Shown here: one piece after another, positions 1 to 12,019 of the stretch | Layout of the letters: each line of letters begins with the position of its first letter | Position numbering within the stretch: position 1 is the first letter of the stretch | From: an uncultured bacterium | GTDB taxonomy: Bacteria > Patescibacteriota > Minisyncoccia > Phycocordibacterales > GWA1-40-21 | Direction of reading: 5' to 3' | Assembly (NCBI GenBank): GCA_963716205.1 | Contig: OY970290.1 | Span: 584,823-648,822 of the forward strand | DNA: 64,000 bases | Translations under genes and position numbers: made by a program | Notes under the pieces: generated by a model | Told to the model about the DNA's origin: nothing | Databases searched by the model: none | Seen by the model: the letters and a program-made list of their open reading frames with translations, nothing else

Positions 1-467
1 ATTTCATCGACAACGCCATAATATTCTTTCGAACCGAATGTATCCACGGTGAATTTCGCAATATCGCCCACTTTTATATCCGCGAGTCCTTTGTCTTCAT
101 CAAGATGCCCGACAACGCGAAGCTGCGTCGGATCAATCATTGTGGCAACGGTCGCCTGGCCCGCAAGCGCATTTTCGTATTGGCCGATATTCTGATTCAC
201 GGAAACTATCAATCCGCTTACTTTCGCTTTGACGATCTGGTCTCCCACGCGGGCAATCGGTTCATCGGCGCTGACTGAATCGCCGTCTTGTACAAATACT
301 TGCTGAAGCACGTCTGAATTCTGCGAGGAAAGGCTGATGAGCGGCGCTTCAATGACAGATTGATCAATATAAACATATTGGGATGAAACATACAAATATA
401 CGACAAGCACCAATGCTAACAGTATGATTATTCCGATTAGCCACTTTTTCGTTTTTTTCTGTTCCAT
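1..467 (-). CDS. HlyD/EmrA-family efflux adaptor (partial, runs off window start)
   Basis: Manual translation MEQKKTKKWLIGIIILLALVLVVYLYV... with N-terminal TM and lipoyl-like VFVQDGDSV..IARVG / AKVSGLIV segments. Confidence 0.75.
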   Translation of the reverse strand, partial: MEQKKTKKWLIGIIILLALVLVVYLYVSSQYVYIDQSVIEAPLISLSSQNSDVLQQVFVQDGDSVSADEPIARVGDQIVKAKVSGLIVSVNQNIGQYENALAGQATVATMIDPTQLRVVGHLDEDKGLADIKVGDIAKFTVDTFGSKEYYGVVDE

Positions 468-472
468 AATTT

Positions 473-2008
473 TTAAAAATCAATTATTTTTTCGCCGGCA
501 TGCAATCCTGAAATGACTTCGACCATACCATCGTCTCCAAAAAGACCGAGAGTGATTTGTTGTCTAATATTTTTCCCGTTATTTTGAAGAAGAGCAAAAT
601 TATTGCCGTTATCGTCAAGAACGAGCTGTGATGGAATCTCCACGACATTATCATGCTCGGCAGAAATGATATCCACATCGCCGGTCATTCCGGCGCGAAT
701 CCTGCTGTCAGTATTCGTGAAATAAAGCGTGACATGATACGCGGGCGAACCGTTGAATGTCGTTTCCGAAGTATCGATTGCCGTTACTTTTGCTAAAAAC
801 TTTACACCGGCGCCATAGGCATCGAGCGTGACGGTCGAAGTGGCATTGCTCTCTATTTTCGGAACATCAGTCTCCGATGCATATGCGTCGACTTTTAATA
901 TTCCGTTATTGATGATCGAGAGAACGGGAGTGTTCGGTGAGACAACCATTCCCAATTGTGCCGTTACATTTCTTGCGATTCCGGAAAATGGCGCCACAAT
1001 GGTTGCATTATTTATTGCCAGTTGCGCATCAGCTATCTCGGCTTGCACCTGTGCAATCGCCGCTTCCTGGGCATCAATTGTTTCCGGCGTTGAACTCGCC
1101 TCTTCAAGCAGTAAATTTTTCTGATCTTTATTCAATGTTGCCGCAGAATTCTGCTGTCCGGTAATTCCACCGGTAAGGGTGGTGACGGCGACATTCACAT
1201 TTGTCCGCGCTGTCGAAATATTTGTAATCCAATTACTAATGGAAGAAATACTTGAAGGAGCGTCATTTAATAACGTGTTCGCATCTGAAAGCAATTGCGT
1301 CAACAAGCCCAAGTTCGTCTGTGCTTCCGTTTCTGCAGCGGATAAATTGCTGCTGGAACTGCTCAAACTTGCAACATCGCTCTGCCATGCGGCCAATTTC
1401 CCGAGAAAAGAAACGTATTCAGAAATAAATGTTTCTTGCAGCTGTGAATTCGATGTACTGAAAGTCAGTGACGGTATTATGCTTTGCGGAATATTTATGA
1501 ACTGATTGACTTTGTTATAAATGGCATCATTGGAAATTGTATACGCGCTTTGAATTGCATTCTCAACGCTTTCATTTGCCTGGGTCAATGCAGTTTGATC
1601 GCTTGTTACCTGCGCTTGGGTCACCGCAAGCTGTTCCGGTCGTGTTCCTTCTTCAAGCGAAGCAAGATTTGCAGTTTGTATAGCAAGCGCCGCTTCTTCT
1701 TGGCTCAATTGCGCTTGTTGCGTGGAATCATCCAAACTCGCAAGCGCTTGACCTGCAGTTACCGATTCGCCCTCTTGCACATAAACAACCGAAATTTTTC
1801 CCGATTCCTGAAAAGAAAGATCGACGCTGTTGCTTGAAGAGACTGTTCCGGGAATATCAATTGAAGCAGTGATATTTCCCCGCGAAACAACATATACGCC
1901 AAGCGCCGGCTCCCTATTTGAAAAAATATACCATGCCAAGCCGCATGCAATAAGAATAATGATTGTCCAAACAACAGACCGTATGTGGGTAAAGAAAAAC
2001 TGTTTCAT
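473..2008 (-). CDS. RND efflux periplasmic adaptor subunit with long coiled coil
   Basis: TM anchor, SGKISVVYVQEGESV, APFSG, C-terminal VEVISGLHAGEKI. Confidence 0.85.
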   Translation of the reverse strand: MKQFFFTHIRSVVWTIIILIACGLAWYIFSNREPALGVYVVSRGNITASIDIPGTVSSSNSVDLSFQESGKISVVYVQEGESVTAGQALASLDDSTQQAQLSQEEAALAIQTANLASLEEGTRPEQLAVTQAQVTSDQTALTQANESVENAIQSAYTISNDAIYNKVNQFINIPQSIIPSLTFSTSNSQLQETFISEYVSFLGKLAAWQSDVASLSSSSSNLSAAETEAQTNLGLLTQLLSDANTLLNDAPSSISSISNWITNISTARTNVNVAVTTLTGGITGQQNSAATLNKDQKNLLLEEASSTPETIDAQEAAIAQVQAEIADAQLAINNATIVAPFSGIARNVTAQLGMVVSPNTPVLSIINNGILKVDAYASETDVPKIESNATSTVTLDAYGAGVKFLAKVTAIDTSETTFNGSPAYHVTLYFTNTDSRIRAGMTGDVDIISAEHDNVVEIPSQLVLDDNGNNFALLQNNGKNIRQQITLGLFGDDGMVEVISGLHAGEKIIDF

Positions 2009-2054
2009 AAAATTATTATACAACGTAATTATTATATCCTATCTGGCATGTACT

Positions 2055-2804
2055 TCAAACTTGAATTTTTTCAAAACAATAACCGCCAATCCATAAAAAT
2101 ACAAATGCAATCACTACGAGAACTATTGCATCGGTTCCCAATCCCAAATCATGGTAGCCGATATCGGAAAGAAGGACACGCAGCCCGTCAATGCCGTAAG
2201 TGAGCGGATCAATGCGGGAAATAATGGAAAGCCAATCCGGCAATCCCTGAAGCGGAAACAGCGCTCCGGAAAGAAAGAAAAGCGGCATGATAATAAAATT
2301 GATAATGAGCGAAAAAGCCTGCATATCATCAAGGAATGAGGCAATCACGGTGCCGAAAGACGCAAAAATAAGCGAAATAAAAAACATGATCACTACTGCG
2401 GGAAAAACCCACAGCCAATTTACCGGCTGGAAGCCGAAGAGAACCGCTATGACAAATACTATGCTGCCTTGGATGGTGGCGACGGTCGCACCACCAAGCG
2501 TTCGGCCGAGCATAACATCAAGACGCGACATCGGGGCGACGAGCGTTTCTTTCAAAAATCCGAATTGACGATCCCAGATAACTTCCATGCCGGTAAAAAT
2601 TGCCGTAAATATAATGCTCATTCCGATGATGCCGGGAGCCAAATACGCAAGATAATTGCCTCCACCACCGCCAAATGATCCGCCGAAACCATAACCGAAC
2701 ATGAGCAGAAATACAATCGGCTGGGCAAGCGTTCCGATCAAGCGCGGCTTGGAACGCCAATATTTTTTTATTTGTCGGAGCCAAAGATAATAAATTTTTT
2801 TCAT
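2055..2804 (-). CDS. ABC-2 type permease (DrrB-like)
   Basis: Hydrophobic ABC-2 pattern, DRQFGFLKETLVAPM, SGALFPL. Confidence 0.9.
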   Translation of the reverse strand: MKKIYYLWLRQIKKYWRSKPRLIGTLAQPIVFLLMFGYGFGGSFGGGGGNYLAYLAPGIIGMSIIFTAIFTGMEVIWDRQFGFLKETLVAPMSRLDVMLGRTLGGATVATIQGSIVFVIAVLFGFQPVNWLWVFPAVVIMFFISLIFASFGTVIASFLDDMQAFSLIINFIIMPLFFLSGALFPLQGLPDWLSIISRIDPLTYGIDGLRVLLSDIGYHDLGLGTDAIVLVVIAFVFLWIGGYCFEKIQV

Positions 2805-2816
2805 GGCTATTGAATT

Positions 2817-3602
2817 TTATCTTCCGTGCATTCTCTGCATTGTCCTCATTTGATCAGTAGAGCTGGCTTCCTCATCACGAATAGTCTTGCCGGTAAGTGC
2901 AAGATACGCATCCTCGAGAAAAGTGGTATTTGTTCTTTTTTTGAGTTCATCCGAAGTGCCGACGGCAACTATTTTGCCGTGATCAATGATGACAATACGC
3001 GTTGCAATTCTGTCGGCTTCTTCCATTTGATGCGTAGTGAGAAAAATTGTCATTTTTTCAGTTTTATTGAGTTGTTGCAATCGATCCCACATCAGACTTC
3101 TGGTCTGGGCGTCAAGACCGATGGTCGGCTCGTCCAAAAATAATATTTTTGGATCGTGCAAAAGCCCCCGTGCAATTTCAAGCCTGCGTTTCATTCCTCC
3201 TGAAAATGATTTGACGACGCTGTCTCTGCGCTCCCACAAATCGACAAATTTTAGCAATTCTTCGCTCCGTGCCTTTCGTTCTGCATCGGGAACATCATAG
3301 AGAACTCCGTGCAAATCCATATTTTCCCATGCGGTGAGATCGTCATCAACGCTTGGATCTTGAAAAACGATTCCAAACGTCCGGCGCGCCTGTTCAGGCT
3401 GGCTCACCGGATCAATATTGTTCAATCGAATGGTCCCAGAATTTGGATGAAGAAGCGTTGTGAGCATTTTTACTGTCGTGGTTTTTCCCGCGCCGTTCGG
3501 ACCGAGAAAAGCGAATACTTCGCCGTCATTTACCGTGAACGAAATATTATCCACTGCTATGAGATCGCCGTATTTTTTCGTCAAATTACTTACTTCAATC
3601 AT
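2817..3602 (-). CDS. ABC transporter ATP-binding protein (DrrA-like)
   Basis: Walker A GPNGAGKTT, signature FSGGMKRR, Walker B LFLDEPT. Confidence 0.95.
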   Translation of the reverse strand: MIEVSNLTKKYGDLIAVDNISFTVNDGEVFAFLGPNGAGKTTTVKMLTTLLHPNSGTIRLNNIDPVSQPEQARRTFGIVFQDPSVDDDLTAWENMDLHGVLYDVPDAERKARSEELLKFVDLWERRDSVVKSFSGGMKRRLEIARGLLHDPKILFLDEPTIGLDAQTRSLMWDRLQQLNKTEKMTIFLTTHQMEEADRIATRIVIIDHGKIVAVGTSDELKKRTNTTFLEDAYLALTGKTIRDEEASSTDQMRTMQRMHGR

Positions 3603-3677
3603 GCATTTTATTCTATCATTTTTTTATAAAACAAAATATTGCCCTCTCGAGCAATATTTTGTTATTGACGTTACTTG

Positions 3678-3749
3678 TTGCGGAGGTCGGAATCGAACCG
3701 ACAATCTTCAGGTTATGAGCCTGACGAGCTACCGTTGCTCTACCCCGCT
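3678..3749 (-). tRNA. tRNA-Met(CAT), initiator-like
   Basis: Reverse strand AGCGGGGTAGAGCAACGGTAGCTCGTCAGGCTCATAACCTGAAG...GGTTCGATTCCGACCTCCGCAA; unpaired 1:72; CCA not encoded. Confidence 0.93.
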
Positions 3750-3789
3750 ATTCAGGTATATTACAACAAAAAATGAGAAAATGCAATAT

Positions 3790-4386
3790 TTATATAATCT
3801 CAAATTCTTTAAATACTTTTTGATATAAATTAATCACACGTTTCGCTTCTCTTTGATTAATCAGAAAATCTGATCCTTCATGAGCAATTGCATTTCGTAT
3901 TTTATGTGCTTCCCATGCTTCCTCAATGGTTGAAAAATCATCAGTATTAACGGCTTTTAATTTATCGCCGATGCTATCTCCCGGCAAATTGAGCGTATCA
4001 AGAAGTTCTGAAAGAATGATATCCGCTTCAATAATTGCAAGCTTCCATTTATTCGCATCATCTGAATCAATATGATCCTGAACAAGTTTCCATTTTGGAT
4101 TTTCCAATTCTCCCGGACCGGATACACTCTCCATCGCGCCATCTGTCGGAAGAATTTTTGCTATCGACTGTTCGCGCAATTTATTGAATCGTATCGCATA
4201 CAAAACGATGACGATAATCATCGCGATTGAAAAAAGAAAAGCGAAAATAGCGTATTTTGCAAAAAAATTGATGGCATAAAACTGCGCACTGCTGACAAAC
4301 TGCGCACTCGAACTGCCGAAAACAAGATCATGTAGACCTTGAATCAAAGTGACAAGATCAAAAGATTGGGGCGTTGCGGCGTTCAT
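3790..4386 (-). CDS. membrane-anchored hypothetical protein (HEPN/DUF4145-like C-terminus)
   Basis: Single TM, then WKLAIIEADIIL...AWEAHKIRNAIAHE (R-x4-H motif). Confidence 0.7.
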   Translation of the reverse strand: MNAATPQSFDLVTLIQGLHDLVFGSSSAQFVSSAQFYAINFFAKYAIFAFLFSIAMIIVIVLYAIRFNKLREQSIAKILPTDGAMESVSGPGELENPKWKLVQDHIDSDDANKWKLAIIEADIILSELLDTLNLPGDSIGDKLKAVNTDDFSTIEEAWEAHKIRNAIAHEGSDFLINQREAKRVINLYQKVFKEFEII

Positions 4387-4424
4387 ATCAATGTATTATA
4401 TCATCCAACTTTTATTTTGGATAA

Positions 4425-5873
4425 TTACGATTTTTCTCCCAAAAAACTTTTGCCGATTGCAAAAAGTGTGTCTTCATTGCGGTGATCCGCAATAAACTGG
4501 ATTCCAATTGGCAATTCTTTTCCATCGATATTTTTTACACCGGACGGTACGGATATGGCCGGTACACCAGCAAGGTTAACTGGCACCGTAAAAATATCTT
4601 CAAGATACATCGCAAGCGGATCGGAAATTTTTTCACCAATTTTGAACGCGACATTCGGTGCGGTTGGTGTGGCGATGATATCGACGTTTTCAAAAGCAGC
4701 TTTATAATCATTTTTGATAATTTCACGAACAATATTTGCTTTGTTATAATATGCGTCATAATATCCGGACGAAAGCACATATGTGCCGATGATAATTCTT
4801 CGCTTCACTTCCCTGCCAAGTCCCGCTTCACGTGAAAGAAAATAATCCTCGATACCGTTTGCACCCGAAACTCTTTTGCCATATCGCATACCATCAAATC
4901 GCGCCATATTAGAAGAAACTTCCGCCGGAACGATAACATAATAGACTGCGAGAGAATATTTCAAGTTTGGAAGTTTGATATCAATAATATTGTGACCGAG
5001 TGATTTCAATTTTTTCAAAGATTCTTCGAAATTCGCGATGACATCTTTATCGATACCACCCATATTCAAGAAATCTCGTGGTACTCCAATTGTGAATTTT
5101 TTGTTAGCAGGAATTTTTTCCATTTTTTTATCAGGAAGCGAGGTACTATCCATTATGTCTTGCCCTTTGATTGCATTAAAAAGAATTTCTGCATCTTCCA
5201 CCGTCTTTCCAAATGAACCAATCTGATCAAGCGATGATCCCATGGCCATTACACCATATCGCGAGACCGCACCATATGTCGGCTTGAGTCCGACAATTCC
5301 GCAAAAAGAGGCTGGTTGACGAATCGATCCACCGGTATCGGAACCAAGCGCAACCAAAGCGGTATTCGAAGCAACAGCCGCAGCTGAACCACCAGATGAT
5401 CCACCAGAAACTCTTTTCAAATCATGTGGATTTTTTGTTACGCCAAACGCTGAATTTTCCGTCGAGCCGCCCATGGCAAATTCGTCCATGTTGGTGCGGC
5501 CAATGAGAATAGCGCCATGTTCTCGCTGCAATTTCTCAATGACCGTCGCATCATACGTCGCTTTATAATTCTCCAGAATTTTTGACGCTGAAGAAGCAAT
5601 CTGTCCTTTGACCAAAATATTGTCTTTCACCGCAACTGGAATGCCCGCAAGCAACGGGAAATCTTTTTTCGCTTTGCGCGCTTCCGCAATCGCAATATCC
5701 GCAAACTTTGCCTGCACGAGTGCATTACTATAGATTTCGAGATACGCGTGAATATCTTTGTCTTTCTTTTTTATTTCATCGAGATACGCTTGCACGAGTT
5801 CCACCGCAGAATATTCACCTTTTTTCAAAGCTTCATGTGCTTTTTGAATTGTCAGATTTTTCAAGTCAATCAT
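4425..5873 (-). CDS. gatA: Asp/Glu-tRNA amidotransferase subunit A
   Basis: Amidase signature GGSSGGSAAAV, GSDTGGSIRQPA. Confidence 0.97.
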   Translation of the reverse strand: MIDLKNLTIQKAHEALKKGEYSAVELVQAYLDEIKKKDKDIHAYLEIYSNALVQAKFADIAIAEARKAKKDFPLLAGIPVAVKDNILVKGQIASSASKILENYKATYDATVIEKLQREHGAILIGRTNMDEFAMGGSTENSAFGVTKNPHDLKRVSGGSSGGSAAAVASNTALVALGSDTGGSIRQPASFCGIVGLKPTYGAVSRYGVMAMGSSLDQIGSFGKTVEDAEILFNAIKGQDIMDSTSLPDKKMEKIPANKKFTIGVPRDFLNMGGIDKDVIANFEESLKKLKSLGHNIIDIKLPNLKYSLAVYYVIVPAEVSSNMARFDGMRYGKRVSGANGIEDYFLSREAGLGREVKRRIIIGTYVLSSGYYDAYYNKANIVREIIKNDYKAAFENVDIIATPTAPNVAFKIGEKISDPLAMYLEDIFTVPVNLAGVPAISVPSGVKNIDGKELPIGIQFIADHRNEDTLFAIGKSFLGEKS

Positions 5874-6157
5874 GAGAGTATTTTCTTCACTTTCAAATAA
5901 TTTTTGTCTTTTTCAGGAAATTCAGCGACGATCGCTTCGGTGTATGTTTCGCTTGCCGTCACTGGTCCATCCATTCGTGTAACGTTTTTGTGCTCGCCTG
6001 CGACTTTCTCTTCGCCGACAACTGATGTGACTTCTTTTAATTGTGCCACATAGCCCAAAATCGGCTCTATTTCTTTCAAGAGACTTTTCTTTTCCACATC
6101 GCTCAATTCAATGCGCGCAAGTTTCGCCAAATGTTCAATATCCTTGATTTCAAGCAT
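5870..6157 (-). CDS. gatC: Asp/Glu-tRNA amidotransferase subunit C
   Basis: IEHLAKLARIEL, C-terminal YLKVKKIL, directly upstream of gatA. Confidence 0.93.
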   Translation of the reverse strand: MLEIKDIEHLAKLARIELSDVEKKSLLKEIEPILGYVAQLKEVTSVVGEEKVAGEHKNVTRMDGPVTASETYTEAIVAEFPEKDKNYLKVKKILS

Positions 6158-6201
6158 GGAAAAAATATAGCATTTTTCGCCTATTTATTCCACTTTGATT
6201 A

Positions 6202-7245
6202 TTAATGAAAAAAGAATGCGACCGCAATGATCAGATACGCCATCATCAGCTGAACTCCTTCAAGCCAGTTGCTTTCTCCATCTTCGATCACGGCATTCAC
6301 AATGAATACCGAGAAAATAATCGCGGCAATCTCAAGCGTGGTAAAAACAAAACTCATCCGTGTTTGAAAAAATAAACTGATAAAAACAAGAAGTGGTGCG
6401 ACGAGCATTGCCACTTGCGTCGCCGAACCGATCGAAACTTGAAGCGCCAAATCCATTTTGTCTTTGATCGCCATGGTAATCGCCGAAGTATGCTCCGCCG
6501 CGTTTCCGATGATTGCAACAAACACAACGCCGATGAAAAGCTCGCTCCAGCCGAGATATGCGACGAGCGGCTGTATCGAGCCGACCAAAATTTCACTCAT
6601 GAAAGCGACGAGAACGGTCGAGAGAAGTAAAATCGTAACGCTTTTTGCGATGCTCCATTTTGCCTCGATTTTGCCAACTTCTTCAGCATACAAATGCTTG
6701 TGCGTGTGAAGCGAGAAAAATAAACTTGACAGATAGGTGATGATAAGCGCAGCGGAGACAAAAATACTCAAGGTGAAAACGGTTGGGGAAGATGCTGAAG
6801 TCGATGTCATAAAAATCGCCGGAATGACAAGTGCGATGACGGCAACGAGAAGCGTCGAGCCGCTCGCTTTTGCGGCGGTTGCATTAAACGTCTGTTTTTT
6901 TCTTTTCAGTCCGCCGAAAAATATCGCCGTTCCAAGGACCAAAAGAAGATTTCCCAAAATGGAACCGGTGATTGATGCTTTGACCACTTCAACAAGCCCA
7001 GCGCGCAGTGCAAAAATACCGATAATCAATTCTGTCGCATTACCGAATGTTGCGTTTAAAAGCCCACCAAGTGCAGGACCGGTATAGACGGATAATTCCT
7101 CCGTCGCCTCGCCGATGTATTTTGCAAGTGGTATAATTGCGAGAGCGGAAACGACAAACGATGTGGTCGGCGATGCGTGATAAAAATAGGCAAAGCACGC
7201 AATCGGCACAAAAAGAAGCAGTGCCTTGAAGAATTTGTCGAGCAT
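6202..7245 (-). CDS. cax: calcium/proton exchanger
   Basis: GGLLNATFGNATE and GNAAEH alpha-repeat motifs. Confidence 0.93.
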   Translation of the reverse strand: MLDKFFKALLLFVPIACFAYFYHASPTTSFVVSALAIIPLAKYIGEATEELSVYTGPALGGLLNATFGNATELIIGIFALRAGLVEVVKASITGSILGNLLLVLGTAIFFGGLKRKKQTFNATAAKASGSTLLVAVIALVIPAIFMTSTSASSPTVFTLSIFVSAALIITYLSSLFFSLHTHKHLYAEEVGKIEAKWSIAKSVTILLLSTVLVAFMSEILVGSIQPLVAYLGWSELFIGVVFVAIIGNAAEHTSAITMAIKDKMDLALQVSIGSATQVAMLVAPLLVFISLFFQTRMSFVFTTLEIAAIIFSVFIVNAVIEDGESNWLEGVQLMMAYLIIAVAFFFH

Positions 7246-7288
7246 GAAAATAGATTTATTTATTAGTAATTAACATAAAAAGTATATC

Positions 7289-7579
7289 ATGGATAATATG
7301 AAAATGTATAGCGGCGCATACGGCAATGCCGGCGGCGTGCATACGATGAAGCCAATGTACGAAGTTCGCGGAGATTCGGTTTATCGGACAGTATATAATC
7401 CTGCCGGGCACAGTGCTTTGCCTGATTTCAAAATCCGCGACGGTCAAATGTATACGACTGCGTATCATCCGGCCGGAGCTTCCGCAACACCATGGTTCTC
7501 GATCAAAGGCAATGAAATTCACAACACTTCATATCACCCGGAAGGGATCAAAGCTTTACCAAGTTTTCATTTGAGATAG
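7289..7579 (+). CDS. small protein with three ~23-aa internal repeats
   Basis: P-x-[YF]-x-[VI]-[RK]...Y-[NH]-P-x-G unit repeated three times; hairpin follows the stop. Confidence 0.7.
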   Translation: MDNMKMYSGAYGNAGGVHTMKPMYEVRGDSVYRTVYNPAGHSALPDFKIRDGQMYTTAYHPAGASATPWFSIKGNEIHNTSYHPEGIKALPSFHLR

Positions 7580-7614
7580 TAAAAATCCCTGAGTTTATCT
7601 CGGAGATTTTTATT

Positions 7615-8373
7615 TTATTTTCCTTTTGCCGCAAGTTCAGCAGCATCTTTTTCTTCCACAATTCTGAATGTGTCTTCGACGGAAGACATGCCTGCATCAT
7701 CACCAAAGAGTGTCAAACTATCAAGCTGTCTCAATAAAATGATTGAGATGAATACGGCGGTGCCAAAAAATATTTTCAATATGCTAACGAGCAAAAATGG
7801 TGCCGGAACAAAATCAAATGAAATGACTAGAAGTGTGCCAAGAATATACGTAATCGCCCATTGAAACGGCACGAGTTTCTCTCCATACAAATTCAGTATT
7901 TTTTTGCGTGAAAGCTGGAGATCTGAAATAACCTCGAATAAAAACTGCCAGGCGCTGCCGGCCGCCGGAGTACTGCCGGCTTCTTCTTCGGTAATGGAAC
8001 CGAGAGTTTCAGTCATTTTTGTAATGGTGTTTGATGGATGGGTCACATGATATGCCGGATCATGGTTTTCCTTTATCTTCGTATAATGATCACTGACAAT
8101 CTTTTTTACTTCTTTTTGTATGCGGGGAACCAAACCCGTTACGCGATATAAATAGGAATAATAACCGTCGGTCGTGGTCAATTGATCATTGATAGCCGAA
8201 TACCGGTCATTCTGCCGGGTAATAAAAAATCCGATGAAGAGCGTAAAGAAAAATGTCGTGCCGACAATAATGTCAGAATAATCAGTAACCGTAAAACTCG
8301 CTTTGAAAACAAAAATAGCATAGAGAATGATAAAAATGAACGTTGCAATATAATTCTTAGTGCTTGATTTCAT
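7615..8373 (-). CDS. membrane protein (DUF4239/bestrophin-like topology)
   Basis: 2 TM + soluble helical region + 2 TM. Confidence 0.55.
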   Translation of the reverse strand: MKSSTKNYIATFIFIILYAIFVFKASFTVTDYSDIIVGTTFFFTLFIGFFITRQNDRYSAINDQLTTTDGYYSYLYRVTGLVPRIQKEVKKIVSDHYTKIKENHDPAYHVTHPSNTITKMTETLGSITEEEAGSTPAAGSAWQFLFEVISDLQLSRKKILNLYGEKLVPFQWAITYILGTLLVISFDFVPAPFLLVSILKIFFGTAVFISIILLRQLDSLTLFGDDAGMSSVEDTFRIVEEKDAAELAAKGK

Positions 8374-8477
8374 GAAAATCTATTTATTGATAATGAAACT
8401 ATTATACTATATTAAAATAAAAAAACCCTACGCCGAAGCATAGGGTTGGAGTTGACGCACATCTCCCAAGCGTTTAG

Positions 8478-8930
8478 TCATTGTGGAACGAAAAACCGCG
8501 GTTCACTCCCCAAAAAAGGAGTATCAAGCACTCGCGATGATAATTTAATAGGATACGCTTTCCAGTGACCGTCATCATGCAGATAGATGCCGATGATGAG
8601 AAACTTCCCATTTTCCTTGAACAAAAGGAAGTTTCCGTTCATGACGCCGATATGCAGAAAATCCTTATAATCGTTATAAAATTGGATAATCTGCTGCGCT
8701 GTATCCTCCCTGTCTTGAGAAACGAAACAGAGCTGATCTAGTTTTTCGTCAAAGGCGTTGATGATCTGCTTGCCGGTGACATTATTGTTCGCAAGATCGA
8801 ACACGACAATTCGCTGACTGTCCCATCTGGTTTGGATGACTACTTTTAGATACGGATTGGAAACGGCCAGCACTTGCTGAACTCCTACTACCAAAAACAA
8901 AAACAGGAAACAACCAATCAATCTTTTCAT
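8478..8930 (-). CDS. signal-peptide protein paralogous to the DGR target C-terminal domain
   Basis: MKRLIGCFLFLFLVVGVQQVLA signal; FDEKLDQLC, QIIQF, GNFLLFK, PRFFVPQ* align with 42200-42874; GGAGG SD. Confidence 0.75.
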   Translation of the reverse strand: MKRLIGCFLFLFLVVGVQQVLAVSNPYLKVVIQTRWDSQRIVVFDLANNNVTGKQIINAFDEKLDQLCFVSQDREDTAQQIIQFYNDYKDFLHIGVMNGNFLLFKENGKFLIIGIYLHDDGHWKAYPIKLSSRVLDTPFLGSEPRFFVPQ

Positions 8931-9382
8931 GATTTCCTCCAATTTTTTAAGGTGCTTCGGTATTATATTATCATGATAAAATATATATGTCAATATATTA
9001 AAAGTGCCTTATTTCAAGGCCATTTTTGCCAATTTTTATTTTCGCTTGACGTATCTTTTGGGAAGAATATAATATAAGTGTAAATTATGAATCATTTCAT
9101 TTTTTACAAGTTCTTCACATAGCGTATCTTTTTTCAAGAAAGTCACGCGAATGGTTGGTCTGTCAGCCAACGTAGTTCTTTCGGGACATTGTATAAATTC
9201 ATTTATACAGCTTCCCAGTGTTGGTGCAATTTACAAACGCCTTCGGCTACCACACTTCAAAATATTGCTTTGTTCTTTCTCAGACATCATTATATCATCA
9301 TATTCCTTTCCCCTTTTCATTCTTCTTCCTTTCTTTCATTTCCTTTTCTACTTCTTCCTTCTTTTGATGATTCTCTTGTCGC

Positions 9383-9412
9383 CCTGATACCATCGGTATC
9401 AGGTTTTTTATT
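9383..9412 (+). terminator. intrinsic terminator
   Basis: CCTGATACC-ATC-GGTATCAGG followed by a T-run on the + strand only. Confidence 0.75.
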
Positions 9413-9421
9413 TTTAAAAAA

Positions 9422-11449
<2,028 letters not shown>

Positions 11450-12019
11450 TTAATTGCTGTTGTTGTATTGTTCCTCAATTCCTCTTTCAACCCGCCTGCC
11501 GATGATTCCGCTGTTGAGGCCTTGCGCGGAAATTGTGGTTTGAATGATACCGTTCATAAATTGTTTTACGATAGTGATGCCAGCATTCGGGCTTGTGACA
11601 TTCGGCGGAGTTGTCGTGGAATAATTGAATATCTGTGTCGGAATCACCGATGTGCTGTAGATATTATTACTGCCTGGACTAAAACTTAATTGCGTTGAAC
11701 TGCCATTGCAAGTGATTGTTGGATTCAATGTCGTAGTACTTACGGAATTGCAGTTATTATTTGAATCAACACTAAGACACGTCGGAAAAGCGCCGAGCAC
11801 AATATCGGAATACAGCGCACATTCTTCGGCGGAATCCGCCGCATAATACGCCACCTGCGAAGCCTCTTCGGAAGTTGATATCTGCAATTCTTTCAGGGAA
11901 ATATTAAAAATGGAAATACCGATTGCAATCAAAAGAGCCGAGGCAAGCACCGCAAAAAGCATGGCAAATCCTGACACTTCTTTTTTCCCTGTTATTTTTT
12001 TGTTTGTAAAAAATTTCAT
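11450..12019 (-). CDS. PilX/GspK-like minor pilin
   Basis: KEVSG/FAMLFAVL prepilin N-terminus lacking Glu5; AYYAADSAEECA. Confidence 0.8.
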   Translation of the reverse strand: MKFFTNKKITGKKEVSGFAMLFAVLASALLIAIGISIFNISLKELQISTSEEASQVAYYAADSAEECALYSDIVLGAFPTCLSVDSNNNCNSVSTTTLNPTITCNGSSTQLSFSPGSNNIYSTSVIPTQIFNYSTTTPPNVTSPNAGITIVKQFMNGIIQTTISAQGLNSGIIGRRVERGIEEQYNNSN

